64,000 bases of DNA from Felis catus (GCF_018350175.1 NC_058368.1:35528001-35592000); one strand, 5' to 3'. Positions 1 through 11,925 are shown, counted from the first letter of the stretch. Notes: generated by a model from the sequence alone, not told the origin. Numbers and translations are program-made.

Positions 1-1069
1 TAAACCATCGAGTCTGGCCTCCAGAACAATTCTGTGTATTCCTGCACCTTCTGCAAGCTGCTGATCCTTGGATGAGTATTACCACTACCGTTTTACATTT
101 TTCATCCTTCCGGAAAACAATAGCTAAACATCAGAGCATGAAATAATGTTTTGTTCAGGGGTCTGCCAAGCATGTCAGGTCAAATTCTCCTTTTTTTTGG
201 CCTTCAAATTGTTTTGTGAACTCCCATAATAGCATCGCATCACATTTGGTCTTCAGGAAAACAGACTTTGAAAACAAGAGTTGATGGACCCTGACAGCCA
301 GTTTCTTAGGTGTATCCTTCCAGCCACCCAAGCATGCCAGATAGTTACACTTTGACTTCAGGAGCCTTGACCCGCCTCCAAAGTCCTCCCATAGCACTAT
401 AAACTCAACAGCTTTCGGGAGTCCACTGTTCACTGGACGGACGTACCTTAAGTCTCAGTATTTGGGGAAGATGGCTAGCTCTCAGAAATCTTTACAATAC
501 TTTTCTTACTGTCCATTTCTTGTGGTGTGCATCTGGTGCACAAGGAAAAGCTCAGAGTGATAAAACTGAACACTAGAGCTACAGAATGAATAATGCTGAC
601 TCCAACCTCAGGTTGACAAGGTGGGAAAACCCCCACCCTAACCTGGCACCATTACTGATTGCAGCTGACAGCGAGAAGTCATTTGGAAAAAAGATGTTTC
701 TGTGATCAATAATCTTGGAATATCCTATTCAGAAATATCAGGCTTGGAACTCATCAAGAGAATCTTCGTGACAAAGCAAGGAGACTCCCCAATTGCTTCA
801 CAGATAGAGCTGTGTCATTCAACCCATCTGAAACTCTGGAGGAAAATCAGACAGTGCAGGTGGGAAGGACCAACTCACCCAGATTCTTTACCAGTCTTTG
901 TGTAAGGATCTGTGGTTGCTTTGGCCAAGTCATTGGATCTATTTCACATAGAAATGATATTAAATGCATACCCTGCCAGAATAGCTATTATCATTTCTAA
1001 TGCTGTATTCATTCTGCTAATATCCTTACAGGGTCTCCTCTTTCCTTTTGATGAGTTATCAGCCCTTCC

Positions 1070-1421
1070 ACCGATGTGTGCAAGGAAGCAAAGCAGACAG
1101 GTTTAAGGTGGAGGAAGAAGCTGAACAGGTATTGAATTGCTAAAGAGGCAGAACCTACAGGGAGCTCTGAGCTGGCATGACCCTTCAGAGTTTTCCCATA
1201 TTAAGGCAGGGAGGCAAAGCTTTAGACTGAAATTGACATGCTATTGGGTGATGGCTGCTCCAGGAAAGGGTCATGACCTTAGGGAATGCAGCTCCATAGG
1301 CAGAGGGCAATCCCTGGGAGGGCTCAACTGTAAGACCTCAGCAGTGACACCCCCAGAATCTGGGGAATGAGTGTCTTGGACTAGAAGGGGGGCATGGATG
1401 GTGCCACACAGATTTACCATA
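1070..1421 (-). mobile_element. ERVL LTR, LTR16A-like
   Basis: GGGAGCTCTGAGCTGGCATGACCCTTCAGAGTT...AGAGGGCAATCCCTGGGAG...TGGGGAATGAGTGTCTT resembles the reverse complement of the recalled LTR16A consensus. Confidence 0.7.
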
Positions 1422-2142
1422 CCCTCTCCAAAAATGTGAGGAGCAGCCCTTCCTAAATTCTGGTGGTGCGTTAGGGGACTGTTCCAACAGACTCCTGTTT
1501 CCACGCCTCCAAAAGTGTCTAAGGCAGGTCTTAGGCCAAGGGTCTTGTGATGTTCAGTTTGCAAAACTTAACGCAGTGCTTTGATAGGTTTAACTAGATT
1601 ATGTGGGTTTCTTTTTAAAGAAAGGGAATTTCTAATACTAGCCTCTAATTTTTCTTGCTAGCTTTTAATTGCAAATGCACAGTATTTCAGCTACATTTGG
1701 TTCCGATCGATTTTTGTCCACCATCCAAGAAGCCTTACAGCCATTGTTTCTAAGAGAAAATGTATATTGAGTTCCAAAAGCTCAAAAGAAGTCTTGGAAC
1801 AGTGCCCAGGTGGGGCCGGCCACACAGGTAATGGCTGCAATGAGCATGTTACAATTGTCAAACCCTTCAAACACACATAGGGAGAGCATTACAACATTAA
1901 AAGCAGAAGTTGCCTTTTAACTGTGCCTAGTGCAAACTGACGCTGGAGGGCAAAATACTGTTCTCATCAATTTGTCTCCAACAAATAAATCCAGTATCAC
2001 ACACTCCAAAACAAGGTAGGCTGTTTCCACAGATCACACATTTTAATGGAATCACACTTCATTTCTGGAACAAGCACATCTTGTCCAGGCAGCTCAGCTG
2101 TCATTACAAGCAGGATCTGGTCACCGCTCCTTCTATCCCTAG

Positions 2143-2262
2143 CATTATCCCTGTTTTACTGGGGAGGAAACTGGCAAGAGGCTTGGAAGTGACTTAGCCC
2201 CAAACGAGAGGTCAAGTCTGCAGCAGGCAGCTCATGAATTCAAGGCCTTCCCGAGCCTCCAG
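2143..2262 (-). mobile_element. MIR SINE fragment
   Basis: ATTATCCCTGTTTTACTGGGGAGGAAACTGG...GAAGTGACTTAGCCC is a reversed MIR core. Confidence 0.6.
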
Positions 2263-2399
2263 GCGGGTTTGGCTTCCTACCTCCGCCTGGACTCTCTCCC
2301 AGCTGAGGGGCCTGAAATGTCCCTATAACTCTCCTTGGCTCTTTTACCTGTGAAACAGGCTGGAAACAGCCATTCCCAGGAAGATTCAGTGTTCATTCA

Positions 2400-3000
2400 C
2401 TAATCAAAGAAGAAAAACCCGTTCTCAAGGGGGACACAGAATTGAGCACCGTTTCTGAGGAGTGTCTTATTTTCCTCCTGGGGGGGGGGGGTCAGAATTC
2501 TGAGGTTTGAGACCCTTTGGTTCCTCTGACAGCAATGTTAATAATCACGCCAGTTTTCCCCTGGCATGGTGGCACCACCGAGTAAAGCCCAGTGTAGGAG
2601 ATGTGCCCAGTGCAATAACGCCAGTTAAATAAGTACCGTTCATTGCTTCCCAACAGTCAAGGAGCTTAAAATCCTGTCAATTCATCCCACGTGAGGGAGA
2701 TTATGTGATTTACATGTTAAAGTGCCCCTGTGGTTTGATTTGCATAGCAAAGACTTTGGGGGCACGGAAACAAAGGATCAGTGTGCATGACAAGAGTGCT
2801 ATTAGCATAGAGCATTCCGATTTTCAGACAGCCCAGCCTGGCAAACAATCCGGCACCTTCACCACACCCCTTGAGTTTATAGGATTTGACAATTTCTCAA
2901 CGACAATAAGGAAAGGGGTTAGGGAGTTGGGGTGTGGAAAGAGGTTTACTAGAAAGGCTGTCTTCCTAAGCACAATAATTAGTCTTTCCCTAAAGGACTC
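2400..3000 (+). mobile_element. Fossil Penelope-like retroelement fragment (RT-EN linker, Cys motif, degenerate GIY-YIG endonuclease)
   Basis: Collinear peptides across frameshifts: LIKEEKPVLKGDTELSTVSEECLIF...*DPLV (from 2400), APPSKAQCRRCAQCNN (2572-2619), YVIYMLKCPCGLICIAKTLGARKQRISVH..KSAI...LEFIGFD...RKAVFLSTI (2702-2976), PKGL (2989-3000). These match the typical vertebrate PLE C-terminus as recalled. Confidence 0.8.
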
Positions 3001-3152
3001 CCCTTCTCCCATCACCTTCCCACCCGCCCCCCTCTGATATTCATTCCAAGGAAGAAATATGATGCCTAATAATAGTGGCAGAGATCAGCCACAACCATTT
3101 TGAACGCTGGATAACACAGCCAGTAGCTCTACCTTCATCAGCACAAAAGCGT

Positions 3153-3153
<1 letters not shown>

Positions 3154-3186
<33 letters not shown>
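3154..3186. repeat. (CA)n microsatellite
   Basis: Uninterrupted CA run. Confidence 0.95.
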
Positions 3187-3189
<3 letters not shown>

Positions 3190-3244
3190 GAAATGTATTT
3201 ATTTGTATCTTTGTTTCTTCATTTATTTCTGTACTATTGACCGA

Positions 3245-3415
3245 GCAGTACCTAACGTAAAGAACACTGGTTAGGAAGTTCAGGGCTTGGCTTTAAGTCC
3301 TGACTTTACCACATTCGTTATCTGGGCAAGTCACCTAATTCCTTCCTCTACAACTCAATTTTCTCCTAAAATGGAAGATGGACCAGAAAAGCTCTAAGAT
3401 CCCTTCCAGCACTAG
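3245..3415 (+). mobile_element. MIR3/MIRc-type SINE
   Basis: CTGGGCAAGTCACCTAA core and CTCTAAGATCCCTTCCAGC tail. Confidence 0.65.
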
Positions 3416-3729
3416 CATAAGAGAGGCAATCCAGTGCACAGTTTCGTTAGCCAAACTGAACCACAGGAACTGGGGGCCAAAGCCAAAATGAGTGCCCCAG
3501 AAATCCCACCTTAAAGTTGTCAACTGTCACTTCAAGAGTTTGTCACTTACCTGCCCCCAGCAAGTCTCTCAGTCTGAAAAGAAGATCAACAAATGTGTCT
3601 TGAGCTGTTGGGAGACTGAATATACTGCTCTAAGTGAAAAGCATTTTGCAAATTATATATGCAATACACTGTTACTATGTGTTAACTCCAATGAGACTGA
3701 AAACCCAAATATACTAATGGTAGGGAAAA

Positions 3730-4000
3730 ATCTTATAAGATGGCTGACAGGACTGATAGGGAATTTCCAGTCCCCGACTAAAAACTCCCCTTCCGGGTTC
3801 TTGTTCCTACCCCGCTTGCCAAGCCCGCCAAATTACTACTAATGCAGAATGCGGAAGTAACAGACTATAAAGTGTTGCCTCTGCTTGCGCCCGCCCGGGA
3901 CTCAGATCTCTGGAGAGTGATCTCTGATCCCTCCCTCCTGCCTTCCAATCCCAGGTGCCGCTTGGCTCTTCCGCTGGGTGATCCAGGCCAGGTTCCGTAA
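3730..4000. promoter_or_regulatory. Candidate promoter (locally CpG-retaining, motif-dense)
   Basis: AAGATGGC (YY1-like, 3737), GGGAATTTCC (NF-kB, 3759-3768), CTTCCGG and GCGGAAGT (ETS, 3790 and 3851), CCCGCCAAA (E2F, 3824-3832), TATAAA (3866-3871), GCCCGCCC (3889-3896). Confidence 0.45.
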
Positions 4001-4039
4001 CACTAACATCAGGATGTTGTGAAATAGTCGTTTAAACCT

Positions 4040-4250
4040 ATTGGTTTTCGGGTGGAGGATCGAGGGGTGGGGCAGGGAGTGATTCTGCACCCCCTAAGAT
4101 ATTTGGCAATGTCTGGAGAAATTTTTGATAGCTACAACTGGGAGCAGCGGCGGAGAAATGCTGCTGGTATCTACAGGAGAGTGGTCAGGGGTGCTGCTAA
4201 ATGTCCTGGAAGGCAGGACAAGTCTTAGGCAAAAAACAATTATCCTGCTA
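4040..4250 (+). mobile_element. MER20 (hAT-Charlie MITE), interrupted by a CAN-SINE
   Basis: ATTTGGCAATGTCTGGAGAAATTTTTG...ACAACTGGG...GGTGCTGCTAAATGTCCT...AATTATCC matches MER20. Confidence 0.8.
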
Positions 4251-4471
4251 GGGGCGCCTGGGCAGCTCAGTCAGTTAAGTGGCCGACCTCGGTGCAGGTC
4301 ATGACCTCATGATCTGTGAGTTCAAGCCCCGCCTGCGCTCTGTGCTGACAGCTCAGAGCCTGGAGCATGCTTTGGATTCTGTGTCTCTCCCCCGCTCCCC
4401 GCCCCTCCCCAACTCCTGCTCTGACTCTCAAAAATAAATAAATGTTAAGAAAAATTAAAAAAAAAAAAAAA
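4251..4471 (+). mobile_element. CAN-SINE (feline SINEC)
   Basis: GGGGCGCCTGGGCAGCTCAGTCAGTTAAG tRNA-like head, CT-rich linker, AATAAA and A tail; degenerate TSD AA(C/G)AATTATC(C/T)TGCT. Confidence 0.95.
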
Positions 4472-5046
4472 GAATTATCTTGCTCAATTGTAAGCCTAGT
4501 ACTCAAATATCCCCCTAAACAATAGCTGTCTGTTTTCCCAGGGAAGAAAACAGGTCTAGTCGGTATGAACAAATGATATTTAGATACCATGAATACCTAG
4601 ACTATGGCCCTGTGACAAAGCCCCAGACAAAAACAGGTTCCCTCTGAGATTTCATTATCAAGCTCTTGGCCACAGGGACTTGGATGGAGGCTGTCCTCTA
4701 ACCCAAAAGCCCCATAAATAGAAGTGCAGAAAGATTATAAGCACGCTAATAACTCTACAAAATGTGTGCTCTCTTTTTTATTTGGGGTGGAGGGAAGAAA
4801 ATCAAATCTCCAAAACACAGTTATTGTGTATAATTAAGTAATGGGAGTCGGGGAAAGAATGTATGAAGAATATATGATGCATCATTTATACTGAGGGCTG
4901 AACTCTGATTCTGCGTGTGTTTCATTTCCATGCAGTTAAGTACACAGTTCATTCTCTCTAGAAATCTACTGATCTAAAGATCTGCTCCGAACATACGATG
5001 TAAAGGAATAAAATATCTGCTATAATTGACATTCTTTTTAGTTACA

Positions 5047-5224
5047 CTTTTTAAAAAAATGTTTATTTTTGAAAGAGGGGCAGAAAGAGAGGGGGACAGA
5101 GGATCTGAAGTGAGCTCCTTACTGATAGCAGAGAGCCCGAGGTGGGGATCAAATGCACAGAGCCACGAGATCATGACCTGAGCCCAAGTTGGACACTCAA
5201 CCCACTACGCCACCCAGGCTCCCC
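5047..5224 (-). mobile_element. CAN-SINE (older, diverged)
   Basis: Reverse head ...GCCACCCAGGCTCCCC, GAGATCATGACCTGAGC and T-rich tail. Confidence 0.9.
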
Positions 5225-7128
5225 TCTTGTTAGTTTTTGTTTTTGTTTTTGTTTTTTTTTTTTTAGGCATTTAATCACTAGCTAGGTGTTACAGAGTTTG
5301 AAGCATGAACAGTTCTACTGGGTATCTGTTGAGCATTCTGGAATGCTTCTTCTTACTGCCCAGGCTGAACAGAGAACGTGATTCTGTAAGATCTTCAATG
5401 GGTTCATACTTTCATTCTCCAACATCTCCAACCTTAGATGGAGAAAAATAAATTATGAAACGCGAAACTCTTATTTCACATTTAAATGCCAACGTTTTGG
5501 TTTCAAAACAAAAAATAACTGTAAATGCATTTCTGTTATTTCTCATCATGTACCCATAAAGAGGGTGTTACAATAAATGGGGAAACAAAATTGTAAGGAA
5601 TAAGAAAGCTTTGAGGGTAGGATTAGAACTCAAAATCTTTAAGTTTTTTAAACTCATGCCAACAATTCTGTAAATGCAAGTTACCTTCTCTATACTTTGT
5701 CCTTCAACTCGACAGCCTCCTGTTCCATGTTATGCCAATGTGTTCCCTAAACGGCTTTTTGAATAACAGTGACTTGGGAAGCAAAAGTATTGCTACACTG
5801 GACCATTTCGTCTTGACTTGTCTTGTTCAAACCAGATTTCAGGCCTTGAGCCTGGTGTTAAGGTCTCTGAATCCTGACACCTCTGACCTGAGCTGACAGT
5901 TCTTTCCTTTACCCTCCTGAAATGTTAGTGGGGCACTGGCACTGACTCTCTCCACTGAGATAAGAGCCTGGCAGTGAAATAGCATAGTAGAGGTGAGACC
6001 CTTGTAAAACACAGAGCAAAGGCATAATAGTTTTAAGGTGAACCAAGGTCACTGCTCCTGAGAGCTCAGTGAAAAGGCATTGACAACACCTTCGGAAACC
6101 CTGGTTTTGTAGTGCATTGGTAATTGTAGTGTCTTTGAGAAGAAGTAACTGTTTAAAGTATATGCAGATAACATTCCAGATTTTTCCTGTGCCTGAGTAT
6201 AAACTTGGCACTTTTAAAAATGGCGTAAGATCTGTCAAGTCACCCGGGTGCCATTTTTGAAATTACTATTACAATGAACTAAGTGGTGCCTCTCAGGATT
6301 TACCCCATGTTCAAAAACTGTTCATATAATTAAAGGATAAAGCCATTTGATAAAACCCTAAGAATAATTTAGGTCCTAGAAGAATCCATCTATTTTGGGC
6401 CCGCTTTTGTCCATGTACTTCCCCTAGGACCTAAGTGAACTCTGAAATTTTCTAATTAACAGTTTATTGTACGGAATTCTTACAAGGTATTATTCTCTTT
6501 CCATCCCTGAACATGCACACACACACATACGCATTTCCTTTGTAGAGTTCACTTTTGAGGTTTCTGATGAAGGACAATCCCAGTTTCAGAAGGGGCTTTC
6601 TGGTCTGAGGCAGAGAGAGAGGAATGCAAAGGTGAACAGATCAGGAGGTGCTGTCTCAGAACCTATGGATTATTTTCATTTAGGATAGGTAGAGACAGAA
6701 ATAACTAAAGGCAGAAGGAAGGAGGGTTTATTTTCTACAGACTTGTATACGTTTAAACTTGAGGAGAAATTCTCAGCAGTGCCTGGATTGGTTGATCTTA
6801 AAGAAGTGGCCAAGGAACTTTCCCTGAGAAAACAGTAGTTATCCCGGCTAGGATTACCTAAAGTGGGTGGCATTGTTTGCATTCTGGGAAGGAAGAGCCT
6901 CAAAGCCAAGCTCCTGGGATATCCATCTCCTAGAATGACAAAGAGCCAAAGGGGAAAACGTCATCAGAGAAAAAAACAGTGCTTATTCAAAAATATTTCC
7001 AGAGGCCATGCATGCTCCAAGGAGTATAGACTAAACATTTTTTTCTTTCACATAAAGAGGAAATTGAGCCAGTCACACTGTTGGAAGAGCTGTGTGACAA
7101 AGGAAACTCACTAGGATGTGAGCAAGTA

Positions 7129-7560
7129 CAGCAGTCACCCTCATCAGAGGTTTCAGTTCCCCGCGAGGACCTTGACCCAGAAGCAGATGATCCTCCCTTT
7201 ACATAGCGTCAGAAGGTCAATAGTAGTGTAATGCTATGTCGGTCACAGTGCCTATGTCATTCCCCTCGTTTCATCTCATCACGTAGGCATTTTATCATTT
7301 CACATCATCACAAGAAGGGTGAGTACAGTACAGTAAGATATTTTGATCGAGAGGCCATATTCACATGGCTTTTATTACAGTAATTTTTATGATTGTTCTG
7401 TTTTCTTATTAGTTATTGTTAATCTCTTACGTGCCTAATTTGTAAATTAAACATTATAAGAGGTATGTATAGGAAAAAACATAGTACATATAGGATTGAG
7501 TACTATCGGCGGTTTCAGGCTGGAGGTCTTCGAACGTATCCCCCACGGATAAGGAGGGAA
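7129..7560 (+). mobile_element. Tigger2a-like TcMar-Tigger MITE
   Basis: Begins TA|CAG; internal CATCTCATCACGTAGGCATTTTATCAT...ACAAGAAGGGTGAGTACAGTAC; ends GAACGTATCCCCCACGGATAAGG. Confidence 0.85.
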
Positions 7561-9619
7561 AGCAGGACTTACAATATCCTCTGGCATAGTTTGTGATCTC
7601 TGTCAGAAAGTGAGGAGTTTGGGGAAAAGTGATGCAGCAAACATTCCGATGGTGTTTATCTCAGGACAGAAGAAAACGATGTGTCTGAGACCAGAGCGTC
7701 CGGGAATACACTGCCTCACCCTTACTTGGGTTTTACGTTGAAAATGATAAGCAATATGCCACTGGACACAAAAGCACTTGAAAATAGAATTAAGCAAACT
7801 TAATAAACATAAAAAGGTAAGATGGTATATCATTATTTCAGTTCCCTTTGCTAATAACTTATCCAATATGCTTCTCTTTGTTCCTCAAACCTATGACTTC
7901 CCCATGGATCAAAACAAAGTCTTCTTAAAAAAAAAAGAGAAAAAAACCCTAAAAAATTTGTTTAAACATAAAAATTCTGATATATGCTTGTTTAGTTGAC
8001 TCAGTCCCCATCCTGATATTAAGACTATGTTACACTTATGTTACACTTACACTCCCCTAGTGAAATGTTTAAGATAAACAATGGTTAATAAATTTTTCAG
8101 GCTTATCTGAGAATAGTCACCCTTTTCCCTCTGTCATTTCACTTACTGCATTTTTCCACGTAAGGAACACCATATCTGAACAATCCATTCTAAAAATAAA
8201 CAAAGCTCTGTGGGTGGCTGATCTGAGATTGTGCCTGAGATTTATCTTCCTATCAGCCCTAATCTGTGTTGCCTTCCAGTAGCATTTCTTCCCCAGCCTC
8301 GAATGGAAGGCACTCACCTAGGAAACGACAATCTATCTTTCAATTTTCCCAGAAGGCTCTTTCTCAACATGAATGTTTCCATGAGTTGTTTGTATCCCGT
8401 TGACCATAACCCTATTACCTCGACTGGGAACAGATGTTGGTATGTTGTGAGAAACTAATATTCATCTCAAAAATTTCATTTAGATCATTGTACATGAACA
8501 CCTAGAGATAAATGCAGGGCTAAGGTAATAGAATACAAGAACATGAAAAAAAATTCAGAAGTAGCTTATTCTTGCTATGCATTTTATCTTCTGAAAGTAG
8601 AAGCAACACACTTTGCCAAAAATTGATTGGGAATTAATTAGAAAATTCTCTGACCTAAATCAAATGATAAATTATGTGAAAATAGAATTTTTTCTACACT
8701 GCAAAATTGTACTTTCCTGGTGATATCTGTTTTATTATGTAGTGTTATATACATTTTTAATGATATTCTATACTAATCAACAGCATTTATTTTATATACA
8801 TGTTTAGTTCAATTTTACTTATAAGGACACTTAGGATTCCAAACATTCAGTTCTATGTAAAATTCTCATCTTCATGTGCTGCCCAGTAGTGACTGACAAT
8901 GTTAAATCTTTTCAGAAGTTAAACAAATAATGGTGAATTTTTTAGTTATGATTAAAGTGAATGGGAGTACCTAATACATATTGACCAACACAGGGAAATT
9001 TTTGGAAGGTTCAGTAACAAGTGCTGTGCTACCAGACTGTGGTCTTAGACATCTACCAAAGGACATTCATTATTCAAAGCCAGGAAAGATTAATAAGGCC
9101 ACAAAAGGAACAGCGTGTGACCATTACTCAAAAAGGATATTTGAATTTAAGTACCAAAAACTTGAATAGGACATCTGACAAGGGAAATTTTAAAGCAAGC
9201 TTTAGGATGAGAAAAATCCTAAGGAGAGGCCAAAGATTAATACTGGCCATCCTGGGTGGGAGTCATTTTTTCTAGCTCAGAGATTCATATTTCAAACTCA
9301 TCATTGGTAAGACTCCAGTTCATTTACCCCATCACTGTCCTGACTTTTGAGCTATTAAAAAGAGATTTTGAAACTTGGAATAAGTGAAAAAGCATCAAAG
9401 AAAAGCTCACAATCTCTTAGTAGGATTGTTTCAATTTAGCCATGCTGTTATCAGTATGGGGTAGTGATAACTCAAATAAAGACTGAAGGTGTTTTTCCTC
9501 ACCTGCACTTTATAGGGGCCTAGCTGGTAAAAATACTCATGAAGAACATAAGCATCAGAGTCATACTTAGGTGGCAGAGAATTATGTCATAGAAATTAAT
9601 TTTTTAGAATTATATCATA

Positions 9620-9870
9620 CAAGGGACCTGAGATATCTGATAAAACTCCCTTATTTTACAGGTGAAAAAAATCAAATTTGGAGAAGCGGACTTATTTTCT
9701 AAGTATACGTAGCAAGTCTATGGGAGGCTGTTAAGATTGAGGGTGAAGGGCTCGGGAATTGTACTGCTTGGTGGGCATCCTAGCTTCATCGCTTGGTGGT
9801 CATGTGACTAAATCACGTTCTTGGTTTTGGTTTCAATCTCTTCATCCGTAAAACTAACATGATAATAGGG
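9620..9870. mobile_element. Two divergently oriented MIR fragments
   Basis: CCCTTATTTTACAGGTGAAAAAA (minus) followed by CATGTGAC...TCTTCATCCGTAAAA...GATAATAG (plus). Confidence 0.55.
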
Positions 9871-9949
9871 TAGAAGCCCTCTTATTCAATGCAATAAAGA
9901 CAAGTGTATCAAAATGTCAGTATAAGCAGTGATTCACTATAAATATAAA

Positions 9950-10150
9950 CACTAAATTATGTATTTAATCTCATATTTGTATGTGTATGTATATATTTAA
10001 TCTAATATATGAATGCAAACCTAATATATATTATATTAATAAAATCATATTTTATGAATATATTTGTAAATATAATATATTTTTTATATGTTAGTATGTT
10101 GTATATTTTATTATTATATATTATATATACTATATGTGTATGTGTATTCA
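9950..10150. repeat. AT-rich low-complexity tract
   Basis: Degenerate (TA)/(TATG) sequence almost devoid of C. Confidence 0.8.
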
Positions 10151-11061
10151 TTTACTCATCTTCCATGTAGGACCAAGGTCTTTTCTTTGAGTATGGACCC
10201 TCTGATTGGGTGTCTAGTCATCCATAAAGCTTTCATTCCTTTAAAGGAGAGCAAAAATTTTAAAGATATTTATGAGTCAATCAAGCACAGGGTTCTTCTA
10301 GATTTTTACAGTTTCCAAATTTGTATTGGTCATCTCACCTATACCTAACTCAACAGCCTTGTTAAAAACACATCATATTGATTGAATCCTTCCAGTGCAT
10401 TCAACTTCGTTTTTAAAAAAAAAAATAACCTTTCATCAATTGAGATTCTTATTTCATTGAATTGTGTTGTATTTAATGAAAATATGCAAGTGCATTAACA
10501 GGTGCAACTGTTAGAGTCAGATGTGGTTCCATACACCACTGACTCTTGATAGCATACACCTCAACTTGAGGGAGCAATGGTGATCAGCTTCCTGGAGACG
10601 GGGGTACCCTGGAACTGTTGATGTGCCATCAGTGTGGCAGTGTGCTTTACAGACAGAATGCAGAAAGCCAAGTAGTCGTTTAAATGCAGGTTGTTAAGGA
10701 AGCTTTTACTGAAAGCTCACTGAACAGTGGCAACACACGTTAGCTATTAATATACAAGTTTAGAACTCGTTTTTCCTGACTTCTTGTCAGGAGACAGATT
10801 CCCGTATGTATTTTTTTTCTTCTACATATTTTTTTTTCCCCATTAACATTCAAAATTCACTTTTACTCTCTATTTGGCTGCACTAATAAAAATTAGCAGT
10901 GGAATAAGTGTTTGTTGCAACAGTAAAGACTGGTGATCAATTCTAGAGTTATGCTAAATATACTCCCAATGATATAAGACAATTATTTTTATGTTTTTAA
11001 TAGCTGGCTTCTACTTTTCTCACTATTAAGATGCATATAGTTTAAACATCAAATGGTGGAC

Positions 11062-11540
11062 AACACTGATTCTAATAAGCACTTTTTTTTTCATTTTAAT
11101 ATCTTTGAAATCTGGATGCCTTCGTACTGTCGGTGACATCTAATAATTACAGGGGACCAGGTGGCAGTCATAACACAGTGACACTGCCTGCATATTTACA
11201 CTCCTTAAAAGTACCAACGTCAAAATTCAAAAGTGACAGCAACTTGGAAGAGAATCACAGAATCAATAGATCAGTCTTTTGAGGAATGCTGCATCACCAG
11301 TGATCTCCATGGCATAAAGAACACTATTGCATGGAAAAATACAACTACCAACAACCTGAATTAAAGTAATTCAAAAGAACTTGAAATTTTAGGAATACTT
11401 TATCCAATGTCACTTACATTTTGTTGGTCATGTATGCAAATGAGTGATATATGATCATGTACGATGCATGATCAGTATGATTAAAAATATTATGTCAAAT
11501 AAATATACAAGAGCTTTTTCATTAATATTGTGCAAAGGTA
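11062..11540 (+). mobile_element. Kanga1-like TcMar-Tc2 DNA transposon relic
   Basis: 5' end GATTCTAA...CATTTTAATATCTTTGAAATCTGGATG; internal TCTTTTGAGGAATGCTGCATCACCAGTGATCTCCATGGC translates SFEECCITSDLHG, like the pogo/Tc2 DDE tail SFKKCCITNALDG. Confidence 0.7.
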
Positions 11541-11619
11541 ATTTCTGACAATGCTGGAGTAACTGGTAACAAAGGTAGCACTCCCATCATAAACAAGCAT
11601 AACACTGGGACAAACATAT

Positions 11620-11925
11620 GAGACAACTTCGTTCAGGCATTGGATCACAGCAGTGTGCAGCTGGGATCCCTGAGAAAAAGAACACACTATGCATGTCTTA
11701 TGATTACTCCGCTGTCCGATTGGGAACACATTTTTTGACTACAGTGCAGTGAGCTGGAGTCCAAGCAGCTCACAGCAGTTCATCTGAGCTGGAAAGACAG
11801 AGATAGGGTTGGGGCAGCCGAAGCTGTTGAAATCAACAGGGCCGAGACCCCAGAGGTGGATGCTGCACAGACAGAGGGCTCCACAGGGCTGAGATGGGCT
11901 TTCTCATGAGTCCTTGACCACTAGG
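11620..11925 (+). mobile_element. Old L1 (L1MD/L1M4-like) 5' region fragment
   Basis: GATCCCTGAGAAAAAG...ACTACAGTGCAG...GGAGTCCAAGCAG...ACAGAGATAGGG resembles old L1 5' UTR consensus. Confidence 0.45.

Noticed and set aside
2705..3037. ORF as an intact, active GIY-YIG nuclease gene
   Set aside because: The track start is a GTG, the YIG motif and presumed catalytic Glu are substituted, the C-terminal PKGL is out of frame, and upstream blocks have stops and frameshifts; kept only as a fossil
6369..6434. 11-bp inverted repeat TTAGGTCCTAG/CTAGGACCTAA as a pre-miRNA or MITE
   Set aside because: Interior pairs poorly and there is no TSD; an isolated short stem could be chance
10560..10647. Minus-strand exon candidate in frame with the 13686-13740 candidate
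   Set aside because: Weak splice sites (AAG acceptor, GTGTAT donor) and the joined peptide resembles nothing I know
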